A stretch of DNA of 64,000 nucleotides from the NCBI RefSeq assembly GCF_009834535.1, contig NC_045697.1, positions 97,900,001 to 97,964,000 on the forward strand. The letters are read 5' to 3'. Both the position numbers and the translations under genes were made by a program. The notes below the pieces were generated by a model. It ran no database searches. It saw only the letters and a program-made list of their open reading frames with translations, and was not told the origin of the DNA. This DNA comes from Camelus ferus (lineage: Eukaryota). Positions 24,176 through 36,486 of this stretch are shown one piece after another; the first letter of the stretch is position 1; every line of letters starts with the position of its first letter.

Positions 24176-27100
24176 AGGAATGACGTCAGCAAGATGGAGG
24201 GCTGGGAGGTCCCAACACTTACCTACTCCCCCCAAAATAAACAAACAGAAAAAACCCCAAGAGCAATGAACAGCTACAAATGGAAGAAAACAGTTCAGGG
24301 AAAGCTCTAGACAACACAGAAGCAGCAGCAAAAAACACCCAGCGGAGCTCACCAGTCAAGGATGGCCGCGTAGGAAAGTAAAGGAAGTATTCTGCCCACA
24401 TCGTCCCATCTCCCAGTTAAGAGCTGCTGGGCACCAGGAGGGATCCTCTCAGAGGAAGCCCATCACAGGGGGAGAAGGAGAGCAGCAGGACCACAGCAAG
24501 CCTCACCATTTCGGTTGTTTGCAGCTTTTGGTACAGAGGGCTCTCAGTCTTCAGTGATGCTGACCCTAGCTGATGGAGTGGCCTGTGGTACCCCAACCTC
24601 CTCTGGACTACTCCCAGAGGCTGGAGCTGTTGCTGAGGTGAGACCTGCCCTCAGGGGGCCCAGTGTTTCTGTGCCCCACTCTCATGGACTGAGTACCACA
24701 GTCCATTGCCATATATGAGACCAGAGCTGTGACTGCTCTTTGCCTACCCACAGCCCCAGGATGGGGCCTTGCTCCACCATTAACAAGGCAACTTCCCTGA
24801 CCAGAGTCCTGCCTCCAGGGTCCCAAGTCATGCTTTGGCTGCCATTATTGGGGCTGTGCTATTGCCTTGTGCCCCAACTCCCATGCCAGGTCAAGACTCA
24901 GAACTGTCATTGCTGAGGTGAGTTCTTACTGCCCTGAGTCCTGCCTCAAAGGTCCCAGGTCCTGGCTCTGACTGCCAGACATACTGCCCCTGCCCTGAAC
25001 CTCACCTCTCCCTCGCCATGCCAGGTGGCACCTCTGAATTGTCATTGCTAGGGCCTTGCTGCCACTACTCTGTGCCCAGTTCCCTGAATCCCAACACATA
25101 GCTTTAACAAACAACTACTGGAGTTGGACTATTCTTCTCCTGCGTGTGTTCCCAGGGGGCTAGAGTTGAGACTGACCCACCATTGCCAGGTTGTGCTACT
25201 ACTGCACCCTGCCTTCTGGGCCCAATCCACCACTGCACCATCATCCCAAGACCCTTGTCACTGCTGTGCAGTGACATCAGCACGAGTCACAGCAGTGAGC
25301 CCTTGAGACCCGGGTACCAGTTCCATTGGCACATGCCTGCGTTGTAGACACACGTGTCGCAGTCACAGCAAGGGCACCTATGCTCCATGACCGTGGCACT
25401 GTGCTAGTTCCATGTGTGCCTGACCCTAGGACCCCAGTTCCAATACTCCTCTGAGTGTCAGCACATCAGACCAGGCACTAAGAGGGGTCTCCTCAGCTAG
25501 AGCTTCCTCGTATGTGCAAAAAAAGTAGAGGAGAGCAAGAAGACCCCAGCAGCCTCAGCCTCTGAAAATCCTAGTAGCCCTACCTGCCACTGCAACCTGC
25601 AGGTCCTCTGTAACCTCAGCCATAAAAGTGTGGCCAATTTCAGCATCAGCCAATGGAGTGGCATGGAGACTACATCACTGTGCTTCCTCAGGAATCAAAG
25701 ACACTGCATCCTACCCAGCAGGTGCTCCTACATCCACCTCTGGGGGGAAGTCTTTCCCTACTGGAGCCAGTCTGAAAAGACTGGAAGAGGTTACTACACC
25801 TTCTAATGCACAGGTATCAACAGAGATCCATCAGAAACATGAAAAAGCAAGGAAATATGACATCACCAAAGGAACGCAATATTACTCCAGTAACTAATCC
25901 TAAGGAAGTGGAGATCTGTGTTATCTGAAAAATAATTCAAAAGAATGATTTGAAGGCAGCTCAGCAATATGCAAGAGAACACAAATAGATAAATCAATGA
26001 ACTCAGGAAACAATATACAAACAAAATGGGAAATTCAGCAAAGAAATAGAAATCATAAAAACAACCAATCAGAAATTCTGGAGCTGAAGAATACAATGAA
26101 TGAAATGAAAAAATGTGATAGCTTCAACAATAGGCTCCGTCAGACAAAAGAAAGATCTGTGACCTTCAAGACAGATCTCTTGATATTATCCAGACAGAGG
26201 AGAATAAAGAAACTAGAGTAAAAGAATGAAGAAAGCCTACATGAACCATGGAACATGATCAAGAGAAACAACATCCATATTACGGGAGTCCCAGAAGGAG
26301 AAGAGAAGGAGAAAGGTCCAGAAAACTTCTTTTAAAACACAATATCTGAAAACTCAAATCTGGGAAGAGATATAGCCATCAAAGTACAGGAAGCTCAAAG
26401 ACCCCCAAACAGATTCAACCCAAAGAGATCTTCACTGAGATGCATTAAAAGAAAGCTCTCAAAAATCAAAGACAAAGAGGAAATTTTAAAAGTAGCAAAA
26501 GAAAAAAGAATCATCACATATGAGGGAATCCTGATCAGGCTATCAGGAGATTTCTCAGCAGAAATTTGACAGATGATATATTCAAAGTGTTCACAGGAAA
26601 AAACTGCCATCAAGAATACTTTACTAGAAAAGCTGTCAGATAGCACTGAAGGAGATAAAGACTTTCCAAGACCAAAAAAAGCTGAGGGAATTTGTAGCCA
26701 TTAGACCTGCCCTACAAGAAATGCTAAAAGGAGTTCTTTAAACTGAAATAAAAACATGCTAATCAGTAACATGAAAATATATGAAAGTATGAAAAAGAGG
26801 GAATGCTTCCAAACTCATTTTATGAGCAGTACCCTGATACTAAATCCAGACAAAGACACTATAAGAAAACAGCATTACAGACCAATATCCCTGATGAATA
26901 TAGATGCCAAAATTCTCAACAAAATATTAGCAATCCAAATTCAACAGCACATTAAACAGATCATTTACCATGATCAAGTGGGATTTATCTCTGGAATGCA
27001 AGGATTCATTCTAGTACTAGAAGTTCTAGCCAGAGCAATTAGGTAGAAAAAGAAATAAAAGGTATCCATATCAGAAAGGAAGAAGTAAAATGATCTCTGT

Positions 27101-29110
27101 TCAACAATGACAGATTTTATATACAGAAAGCCCCAAAGACCATTAAAAAACTGTTAGAACTAATAAATGAATTCAATAAAATTACAGGATAGAAAATCAA
27201 CATACAGAAATTAGTTGTATTTCTATACATTAACAATGAATTAGCTGAAAGAGAATTTAGAAAACAAACCCATTTATAATAGCATCAAAAATTAAAATGT
27301 CTTAATCAGGAAGTTTAATCAGGGAGGTGAAAAACATACACAAAAAGCTTTAACACTTTAATGAAAGAAACTGAAGACTCTAGCCAATAGAAAGATATCC
27401 TGTGTTCCGAAGTTGGAAGAAGTAATGTGAAAATGTCCATATGACCCAAAGAGATCTAGAGGTTCAATGCAATCCCAATCCCAATCCCAATTCCAATGAC
27501 ATTTTTCACAGAAATAGCAGAAAATCACTCTAAAATTTGTCTGGAACCACAAAGTAATCCTAAGGAAGAAGGACAAAGCTGGTGGCATTCCAATATCTGA
27601 TTTCAAGCTATCTTACAAAGTTATAGTAATCAAAACAGTATGGTACTGGCATAAAAGCAGGCATATAGGTAAGTGGAACAGAATGGAGAGCCCAGACCAT
27701 ACACATAGTGCACTAACAAGGGTGCCAAGAACACACAATAGGAAGGACAGTTTCTTCAATAAATGGTAATTGGGAAAACTAGATGCATTCTACATGCAAA
27801 AGAATGAAACTGAACTCCTATTTTATACTCACAAAAATTAACTTGAAATGGATCAAAGATTTAAATGTAAGATCTAAAACCATAAAGCTCCTAGAAGAAA
27901 ACATAAGGGAAAGATCCTTGATATTGGTCTAGGAAATGATTGCTTGGATAAGTCACCAGAAGCACAGGCAACAAAAACTAAAATAAAGTATGACTACATT
28001 AAACTAAAACGCTTCTGCACAGCAAATAATCCAAAAATTAAAAAGACAACCTGAAGAATGGGAGAAAATATTTGCAAACCATACATCTGATAAGGGACTA
28101 CAATCCAAAATATATAAAGAATTCACAAGTCAATAGCCAAAGAGAAGATAATCCAATTTAAAAATTGACAAAAGACCTGAATAGATATTTTTCCAAAGAA
28201 GATATACAAATGGCCAACAGGTGTATGCAAAGATGTTCAACATCAATAATCATCAGGAAAAATGCAAATCAAAACCATAATAAAATATCACCTTCACCTG
28301 TTAGGATGGCTTTTATCAAAAAGATGAGAGATAATAAATGGTGAGGATGTGGAGGAAAAGGAATATTTATACACTGTTGGTGGGAATGTGAATCAGTACA
28401 GCCAATGTGGAAAACAGAACGGTGGTTCCTCAAAATCTTAAAAATTGAACTACCATATGATCTAGCCATCCCATTCCTAGGTATGTATCCAAAGGAATTG
28501 AAATCAGTATCTCAGATGTACACCCATGCTCATTCACTGTAGCATCACTAACAGCCAAGATAAGGAAACAGCTTAAATGTCCATCAACAGAAGAATGCAA
28601 AAAGAAGATATAGTACGTATACCACATCTGGAATATTACTCAGCCATAAGAAAGAAAGAAATCCTGTCATTTGCAACAACATGGGTGGACCTGGAAGACA
28701 TTATGCTAAGTGACATAAGTCAGAGACAAATACTGTATGATACTATGTGTGGAATCTAAAAAAACTGAAGTTATGAAAACAGAGGGGACTGGTGGTCACC
28801 AGAGGCTAGAAGGTGGGGAAATTAAAGAGATGTTGCTTAGGGGTATAAACTTACAACCAATAAATAAATAAATTCTGGAGCTCTAAATAAATAACATATT
28901 TATTTAATAAGGCTCTATTATAAAAGTTGCTAAGAGACTAAATCTTAACTGTTCTTGATAAGAACAAAAGAAATGATAAATATGTGACATGATAAGGCAT
29001 TAGCTAATGCTAATATAGTATCATATTGCAATAAATAAATATATCAAGTAAATACATCTTATATCTTAATGTTATGTGTCAACTATACCTCAAAAAATTA
29101 ATAAATAAAG
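24176..29110 (+). mobile_element. ~4.9 kb L1 with intact 5' end but internal deletions, antisense within SLC7A11 intron 11
   Basis: 5' start ggaatgacgtcagcaagatgg; GC-rich repetitive 5'UTR to ~25850; decayed ORF1 (NQSEILELKNTMNEMK, ORF 25997..26221); ORF2 remnants (YRPISLMNIDAKILNKILA, ORF 26756..27046; EYYSAIRKKEILSFATTW, ORF 28577..28759); 3'UTR with A-rich tail at ~29092-29110. Confidence 0.92.
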
Positions 29111-29131
29111 AATGAGGGATTTGCACTAGAA

Positions 29132-29294
29132 TACTGATTCTCAAAGTATAATCCCCAGGCCAGCAACATTACAATCACCTGAGATATTAGAAATGCAGTT
29201 TTTCAAGCCCCATTCTAGACATATTGAATTAGAAACTGAAGGTAGGTCCCAGAGATCTGTCATTCTGACAGACACTAAAATGTCTGAACCACTG
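29132..29294 (+). mobile_element. MER5A (hAT-Charlie MITE)
   Basis: ttctcaaagtataatccccaggccagcaacattacaatcacctgaga...ttagaaatgcag...gaaccactg. Confidence 0.75.
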
Positions 29295-30026
29295 GGCTTG
29301 ACAACTTCTAAGGTCATTTTATCTGGGCAGTCTTAGAACCTGTGACTCTTGTTTCCTGAGATACTAGTTCTTGTTCACCTCTTGTCTTTGTAATCAGTCC
29401 CTACAGAACCTCTGCAGCCCCCAAGCGTCTATTGTCTTGATGGTTTCAGACCCACATCATCTCTCATCCAGACACGCCACCTTTTTCCTCTTTTGTGACT
29501 TGTCATCTGTGGTAGTCCCTTTCCAGCAATATTTAACACCACTAAAAAAGGTATGTTTTTCATCCTTCACAACAGTGTTCCCTGAAGTTGTTTTCGTCAG
29601 CATACTGATTTTTATAATATACATTCATTATAAAGGACCTACCACAATTTTGTCAAGTGGTAAACTATATGTAAATGTTCCTTGAATAAATTATATTTTG
29701 TCACAGTCCACTCTACATTGAGATGTATGTGGAGCACAGGGGAACACTCAGGAGTGACACAAGTTCATGTTTACGGAGAAGGGAAGTGATCAAATTATTC
29801 TAGAAAAATAGAATGTGGAAAAAGGAAATATCAATCAACAGCCAGGGAGATGTGGCTTTTGCAGGCAGAGAAAGAGCTAGGGCTACCTGAGAGGTTGAAA
29901 CAACAAGAGGTCTGCCAGGGTCAGATGCAAAGCAGTGGCATTAAACTGATAGACTTTGCAGCCCCTCCTCTGGAGAAGTCCTGCCGTAGTTACCTGAACT
30001 CATCTCCACAACTCCTGCCTTTCTTG

Positions 30027-30052
30027 AGTGTGTGTGTGTGTGTGTGTGTGTG
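30027..30052. repeat. (TG)n microsatellite
   Basis: About 12 perfect GT units. Confidence 0.9.
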
Positions 30053-30111
30053 TAACTATTCATGCATTGGTCTACCAAGATTTCTCTTTTTTTCCCCCAT
30101 AACTGCCTTTT

Positions 30112-30409
30112 TATTGAAATATAGTCAGTTTACAATGTGTCAATTTCTGGTGTGCAGCATAATGTTTCAGTCATACATATACATACATATATTCCTTTTC
30201 CTATTCTTTTTCATTCTAAGTTACTCCAAGATATTGGATATAGTTCCCTATGCGACACACAGTAGAAACTTGTTGTTTATCTATTTTATATATAGTAGTT
30301 AGTATCTACAAATCCTGAACTCCCAATTTATCCCTTCCCACCCCCTTCCCCTCTGGTAACCAGCAGTTTGTTTTCTCTGTCTGTGAGTCTGTTTCTGTTT
30401 TGTAAATAC
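30112..30409 (-). mobile_element. Short L1 3'UTR insertion with 11-bp TSD
   Basis: Homologous to the 3'UTR of the L1s at 5482 and 55153. TSD aactgcctttt at 30101-30111 and 30410-30420. Confidence 0.85.
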
Positions 30410-33400
30410 AACTGCCTTTTATATGCAGCATCTGCTCCTCCATGTCCATAACAAAAGCCTTTTCCAAAAGCGTGTTTGGTATTCTGGAGCACGCCCCTCC
30501 CCAGGGCCCTTTGCTTTCTTAAGACATCTGACTTTACCCAGGTCACAACACTGCATGGGTTCCAGACAGAGGGAGAGCCACTTAAGAGACCCTGTTGCTT
30601 CCCTCGTGCCACGTTCCTCTTCCTGAGAGCTCACTTTGGATCTTCTATTCAGGAGCACATTGGGGCCCAGGAATCTCTCTTCTGGTTCTGCATATGCAGT
30701 CCCTTCTTTGCCCTTATGGTCCACCAGCTCTGATGACAGTCTCTCCTGTGGCTTTCTTATGCTCCCTCTTGGGATCTCGAGATTTAAATAATTTTCATAA
30801 CGGAGGTATGAGCAGAGTGATTGATTTTGGCTCTGAGTAGCTGCTGGAGTCATGCCAACTTTTCCTCGCAGGCTATCTCCAGCCACGGGGCCAGGCAGGT
30901 GTGCTCAGCAGACCCAAGTAAGCCTCTGAGGAAGCTTCCTGCTTGTCTAGGAAAACTTCAGATCATGTGGCCTCCAACTACATCTCTAGTAATAGAAGGC
31001 CTTTGGCTCTGGGGACAACCAGCCCCATGATAATATTTCTCTAAATAAAATTGAGCCATTGAATCTCATTTGTTGTCGTCAGTTAGGTAAGCTGTAAGAC
31101 CAGATAGCCACTGTAGTGTTTTTAGATTTGCTTTTCATGTTCCGCAGTTGTTCCCGAAATCAGCTGAAACAACTACTGACCTTGCAAAATCTGATTTATC
31201 CAGTCGCACCCAGTATGAGCACAGGAACTACAGCCAGAATTGAATGAGCCTGTGAAGTCTGAGCACAAAACCCATCTTTCCCAGAAATCACAATAAGAAT
31301 AAATAGTATCTGTTTTTGTTTTTTTTTTTTAAACCTTCACAACCTCTTCCCATGCATGGTCCCATTTTACCTTACCATGAAGATGATTTGGGCTCCTAAC
31401 TAATGTAGGCAAGCTTAACTCATTTAAAACATTGCACGCAGTCTCCCTGAAAAGGTTGTCAAATGTATTCATTCAGCAGCTTTCAGTGAAGCATCATAAA
31501 CGAACTTATCATGACACACTGTATGCAGTACATGCTTTTAGGACTCTGGTTCTTCTACAAAATCGTTGTCCACGATGATGCACTGTAGTCACTCTGCCTG
31601 TGCTGCCCAGTACGATTCTTCATAACTAAAGATTTTGTTTAAATACAGCTGTCCTCCGTATCTTGCCCCGAGCCAGAGGGACCAGCTCCCAGCCTCTCCT
31701 ACGAACTCTCAGCTGTGACGGGCTTTGGCTGATCCAGAGAGGCAGCCAAGTAAATCGGCTGCTGTGAGCCGGGGTCGGGCAGGTCTAGCTCTCTCCACGC
31801 ATTTGAGTCTGTCAGTGGGGTATCTGCCCCATTTCCCTTGGGTGGGAAGCTCGTGTTTCTACAAATAAATAAATAAATAAAGAGCGATCCAGAAGAATTA
31901 AGCACTCTGTCACAGATGGTGGGAAAAAAGCTCTCTGTGTATCCTATTCCCTTAAGAGCACATTTTCTTTTCTTCCTAGGGATGCTATCAAACGAAACGT
32001 GGTTCAATACTGGCATCCTGTGGCCAGAGAAATTCATCAAATCTCTGAAACTTGCAGCTCCTCGGGTTCTGAACATTCTCTGGCTATCTGAACTCAGCAA
32101 GCTGGCTCCGTTTTCTGAATGCTGTTCAGTGACCTTGCGTCTTTTTAATGGAAGCGCCCCAAGTAAGATGTATTTTGATAAACTATCATTTCACAGGCCT
32201 GATCTGATCATGTATAGTAGGGTGAAGATAAGTGATCATACCGAGGCTGAAGAATGTTCCCCCACTAAACAATCTAAGGGTAAATCTGAGCACATTGCTT
32301 CAAGCAGAGGCTCCCTGCCCTCCAAGTACACACTGAGTTTCTCCTAACAACACGGAGGTAGTCGGGCGAAGAGGCGAGGTGGGGTTCAGGACTCTGCTGT
32401 GTGGTGTGTCTGTGTGTGTGTGTTTTGTTTTGGCCAAAGGCTAGGAAATACTTGCTACTGCTGCAATAAATATGAATTTTCTTTATTTTACTCCAAGAAT
32501 GCTGCCTAAGAGGAAAATCAAACAAAATTACGGAGGAGTGCTGCTTTTTGCAAACTCACTTTCAAGGCAGCTATAAAGATAAAGGGTTACAATGATCGCA
32601 GTTTAAAGGCAGAATTGCCATGCTCCCTGGTAAGACTCGATGGCATTGTCGAAAACCAAATAACCATTATGGGACCACTGCATTGCTGCCACTTTCGCAA
32701 ATAGCTAACACTAAATTTGGAGTCCTTGGAGATGTTCAAAATGTCATTGGAGACAGAAAAATAACAGAAAACTTCAAAATTACGTGAGCATGGAAAAACA
32801 CCAAAGAAGGAGCAAGTGGAAAACCTGTAGTGGATATACACTAGCAAAGAAAGGGGACAAAATACGCACATGTTAGCAAAAGGGAAGAATTTTTAGCGTT
32901 GGCTGACTACCAACAGGAGGGCCAAAAAGCCGCACAAGTGGGAAAGAACAAGGAATCTGTTCTTTTATCGTGCTCTCTCTCACTGTAGTCCACCTCCAGG
33001 GCTAGCTCTTTCTTCCTAAATCCTCATGGTTTTCCACACGCTCTGGGGTTTTAATTATCTCCTAGCCAGGATCTGAGATTGACACAAACCTCACAGTTTT
33101 GAGTACTAATCTGCCCTGAACATCGGTAATGAGCAATCCTAATGATAAATATTGTTTAACAAGCCTTGGGTATTTTTTGTGTGTGTGTTTGTTTGTTTAC
33201 AGAAAAGGCTCTTTATTTAGTGCCTACAATAGAGAAAACATAACTAAAAACATTCTACCAAAAAAACTGGTATGATTTAACAAGAAACAGAGATTAAATT
33301 CCCTGCTAGGCAACCAGCGTGCCTGTGTTAGCCTTAAAGAAACTAACTTTTATAGTAATGCTTCTTTGGGGAACAGTGTTGCCAGCTAGGAAATGAAATT

Positions 33401-34955
33401 CATGTACAAATAGTAGCATAAGGTCTAAAGATACCAAATATCAATTAAAAGCTCAGAAAGAGTAGTAGCAGAAGTCTATTTTAAATGACCAGCTTCTAAG
33501 TGAGTTTGTGTAGCACACTAGAGATGCAGTATGTCTACAAAGTTGGGTTTTGTTTTTCTATTTTTAGTAACACTGACATTATTTATTAATAATTTTACCA
33601 GCAATCTCCCTGAACATTTTACTGGGCTTTTAAACATTAATGATGGTAAAGTCAGTAAATTAAAATGAATGAGAAGAAAAGTTGATCTTCAAAGTCACCA
33701 AACTCACCCATAAGAACATATCTGCTCCTCTGGATATATTTTTTAACCTCTCTCTCTCTTCCCCCAGGCACCCAATCTAAAAAGAGCATGAATCTGAAGT
33801 CCAGCGGATGTGGGTTCACATCCAAGCTCAATGGTTTAAAATCTACACACTCAAAAATAAATTCCCATCTCCCTGAGCCCTGGTTTTCCCAATAAACCAA
33901 CTCACACGTGGGTCTCGTGGAGGACTGAATGAGATGATGATGTAAGAGAAGGATCTTGCTTGGAAGAGCCCCTGACAGCGGGAGAGGCCTTCAGCAGAGG
34001 CTTTTCTTAAGCACCCTTCCTACTTATTAATTTCCTGTATTTTCTCCTCTTCCAACTCACCTGGTCACCAAGCTCTGTTGGTTTTTCTTCTTTACTTTTT
34101 CTCACTTTCTCTCGGACCCTGCCAACATTCCCTATGTTCAGACTCTCCTCAGTTCTTGTAGAATTACTGGGGTAAGCACCAATCTCTATTCTCCAGAATG
34201 TCTTTAGCCTCGTGCTCTCTAATCCATCCTCACTGTCTCCCCACCAAGACAACTTTTATAAAGTACAAACTGCCTAAGTTTGAATTCTAGGCCTTCTCCG
34301 TACTATCTGCAGGACTTGGAATACGTCACGTGGATTCTCCCACACCAGAACTCAAAACCTATGAAATGGGGCTCATGTTTTCTACCTCAGAAAGTTGTTT
34401 GAAGGATTAAATAAGGTCATATATGGGCTAATACACAGAAATCACTCAATAACTCTGAGCTGTTACTCTCCTTGTGTTGTTCTTACCATTCTTATGACCC
34501 CCAGTGAGTCACCAATAGGGTAGTGTTACACTCATGATATTTAAGATTTTTGCAGGCTCCACCTAACTCCCCACCAAATCTCATATCACTCATCAAAGTG
34601 TATGTTATCATATAGAATCAATAAACTGCGTTCAACCCAGAATAAAAATAATCAGGTTAGTAAGGGAATCAGAAGAACAATTAAGTCAGTTACAGAACTG
34701 CTGATGAAATTCTACCTAAAAATTAATTAAAGCAACTCAAACTAAATATCCTGAAAGGATTCAGTGGCCCAACCCTAAACATCCTTCCTGCCTTTTCTTC
34801 TACCAGTTTTAATCAGAATGCAGGAATGTATTCAAACTAGCAATTTCCCCACTGGTATTTTCAAACTTTAAGGTATGAGTGTGGCAGATGTACACAGAGA
34901 TGAGTTTTCTACAGCCTGGTTTCTCAAAGGTCCAGGAACCGGTTAAAAGTCTTAC

Positions 34956-35133
34956 CTGACATTCTTCTAAACCACTTAGGTTTCTTGTCCCATATAATAA
35001 AGAGATAGTAGGCAGGGACCCCGGTCAGAGTGATGATGAAACCAATCCCTGTACTAAATGGGTCCGAATAAAGGGAAAGGGCGACCATGAAGAGACACGT
35101 GAAGGAAAACAAGGCTGGGATGAACAGCGGCAC
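34956..35133 (-). CDS. SLC7A11: SLC7A11 coding exon (exon 11 equivalent), 178 nt
   Basis: tccag|GTG CCG CTG...ATG TCA G|gtaaga translates [59 protein letters not shown]; overlaps ORF 34924..35145. Confidence 0.97.
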
Positions 35134-35187
35134 CTGGAACAGCACAGATGAAAATCATTTCAAAGAGGGTTCAAGAGGAGCCCATCA

Positions 35188-35231
35188 GTCACGTGATCAC
35201 GTGATAACGCTCTGGTCATGTGACCAGGTGA
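35188..35231. promoter_or_regulatory. Cluster of four E-boxes (2x TCACGTGA, TCATGTGA, CAGGTG)
   Basis: gtcacgtgatcacgtgataacgctctggtcatgtgaccaggtga. The motifs are seen directly; function is inferred. Confidence 0.45.
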
Positions 35232-36336
35232 CAGGCACCATCCTATCTTGCTGTAGTTAGTACCAAAATCTCTTGCACAGGGCACAGAGAATGTATTCAA
35301 CATATTCCTTTAAATTTTTAACAAAATCTTTGGCAAGAACAAAATCTAAGGATAAATAAGTATATTGCATTCAAGATGTTCTGTTTGAATTATTTTCCTC
35401 ATTAAGAACCATTATGATTTATGGTTTGGATTTTAAAAGATTGGTTCTTTGGTCATGATGATTAGAATCCACTTTAATGGAGAGCCAAGAGCACGGGCTG
35501 CTTGTTACACATTATTGATTTTCTGTTGGAGACTCACAAGACGACCCAACAGGGATAAAACAGGCCAACTCCTATTCAACCACTAATAAAGATGTTGCCA
35601 GCATTAGGCAATGAATATAATTAGAAAGAAATTCTGACAACATGACTGACAACATTATCTGTGTTATTTCTTAAAAGCAAATAAAAAGTGAGGTCAAATC
35701 AATCCCTGAACATTCAAGGCTGAAGGTGACAAGAAGCATATTCGTCAGCTCTCCCGAAAGGAAATGCTTCATTATGGCAAATGGACATTCTATTAAGTGG
35801 TAAATTCAAACAGCTTCGCCTTCCCTGGACACTTCACATTTCTATTCCTTCTGGAGTGTATCATGCAGAAAAAAGGCCATGTAATAAGTCATAACATTTA
35901 AGAATACTTAAAATGCCACTTCCTAAAGCAGCAGGCTTTTTAGAGTTTTAATCAGTGAGGATTCCACACGAATCTGCCTCACTCTCAGCGTGGCCACCAC
36001 AACTATTCAGCTTAAAGAAAGAAGCATCCCAGACCTTGAGCAGATCAGGTCGTCAGACACATTTACAAAAAATCCACATAATGAACATTGTATATTAACA
36101 CCCCCACTTTCCAAAACATGACATGCAAAGTTCAGTCCCTCGCTTGAACAAGTGGGTGAACTATTTTTCCAAACTAAAATAAATCCAATATAAAGGCACT
36201 ACCTGCAAGAGTTAAACATTTTATTCCAGAGGGATGCTGTCCTCCGCCCAAGCTCCACGTCATCAAGTTATGACACAGGGAGGACTGGGTGTTAGGAGGA
36301 AGATTTATGTAAACCCGTCAAGATCGCTGAGGTTAC

Positions 36337-36486
36337 CTTGAAAGGACGATGCATATCTGGGCGTTTGTATCGAAGATAAATCAGCCCAGCAACTGCCAGC
36401 CCAATAAAAAGCCACCTGGCAAAACTGAGGAAATTCAAGAGACTGTAGAGGTCCCCAGAGAAGAGCATTATCATGGTCAAAGGGTG
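36337..36486 (-). CDS. SLC7A11: SLC7A11 coding exon (exon 10 equivalent), 150 nt
   Basis: ctcag|CAC CCT TTG...TTC AAG|gtaacc translates [50 protein letters not shown]; overlaps ORF 36292..36480. Confidence 0.97.

Noticed and set aside
24104..25897. Multiple ORFs with a repeated RQDSGQ peptide
   Set aside because: Translation of degenerate monomer repeats in the L1 5'UTR; not a gene or a CRISPR-like array.
29850..31030. 150-155 aa ORFs on both strands
   Set aside because: They run through a (TG)n microsatellite and an L1 fragment or into a probable old LTR-like patch; no domain or splice support.
34924..34955. Read-through of exon 11 into intron 11 giving the tail [10 protein letters not shown]
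   Set aside because: Strong canonical donor (G|gtaaga) and no nearby minus-strand AATAAA; short open run-on is expected by chance.
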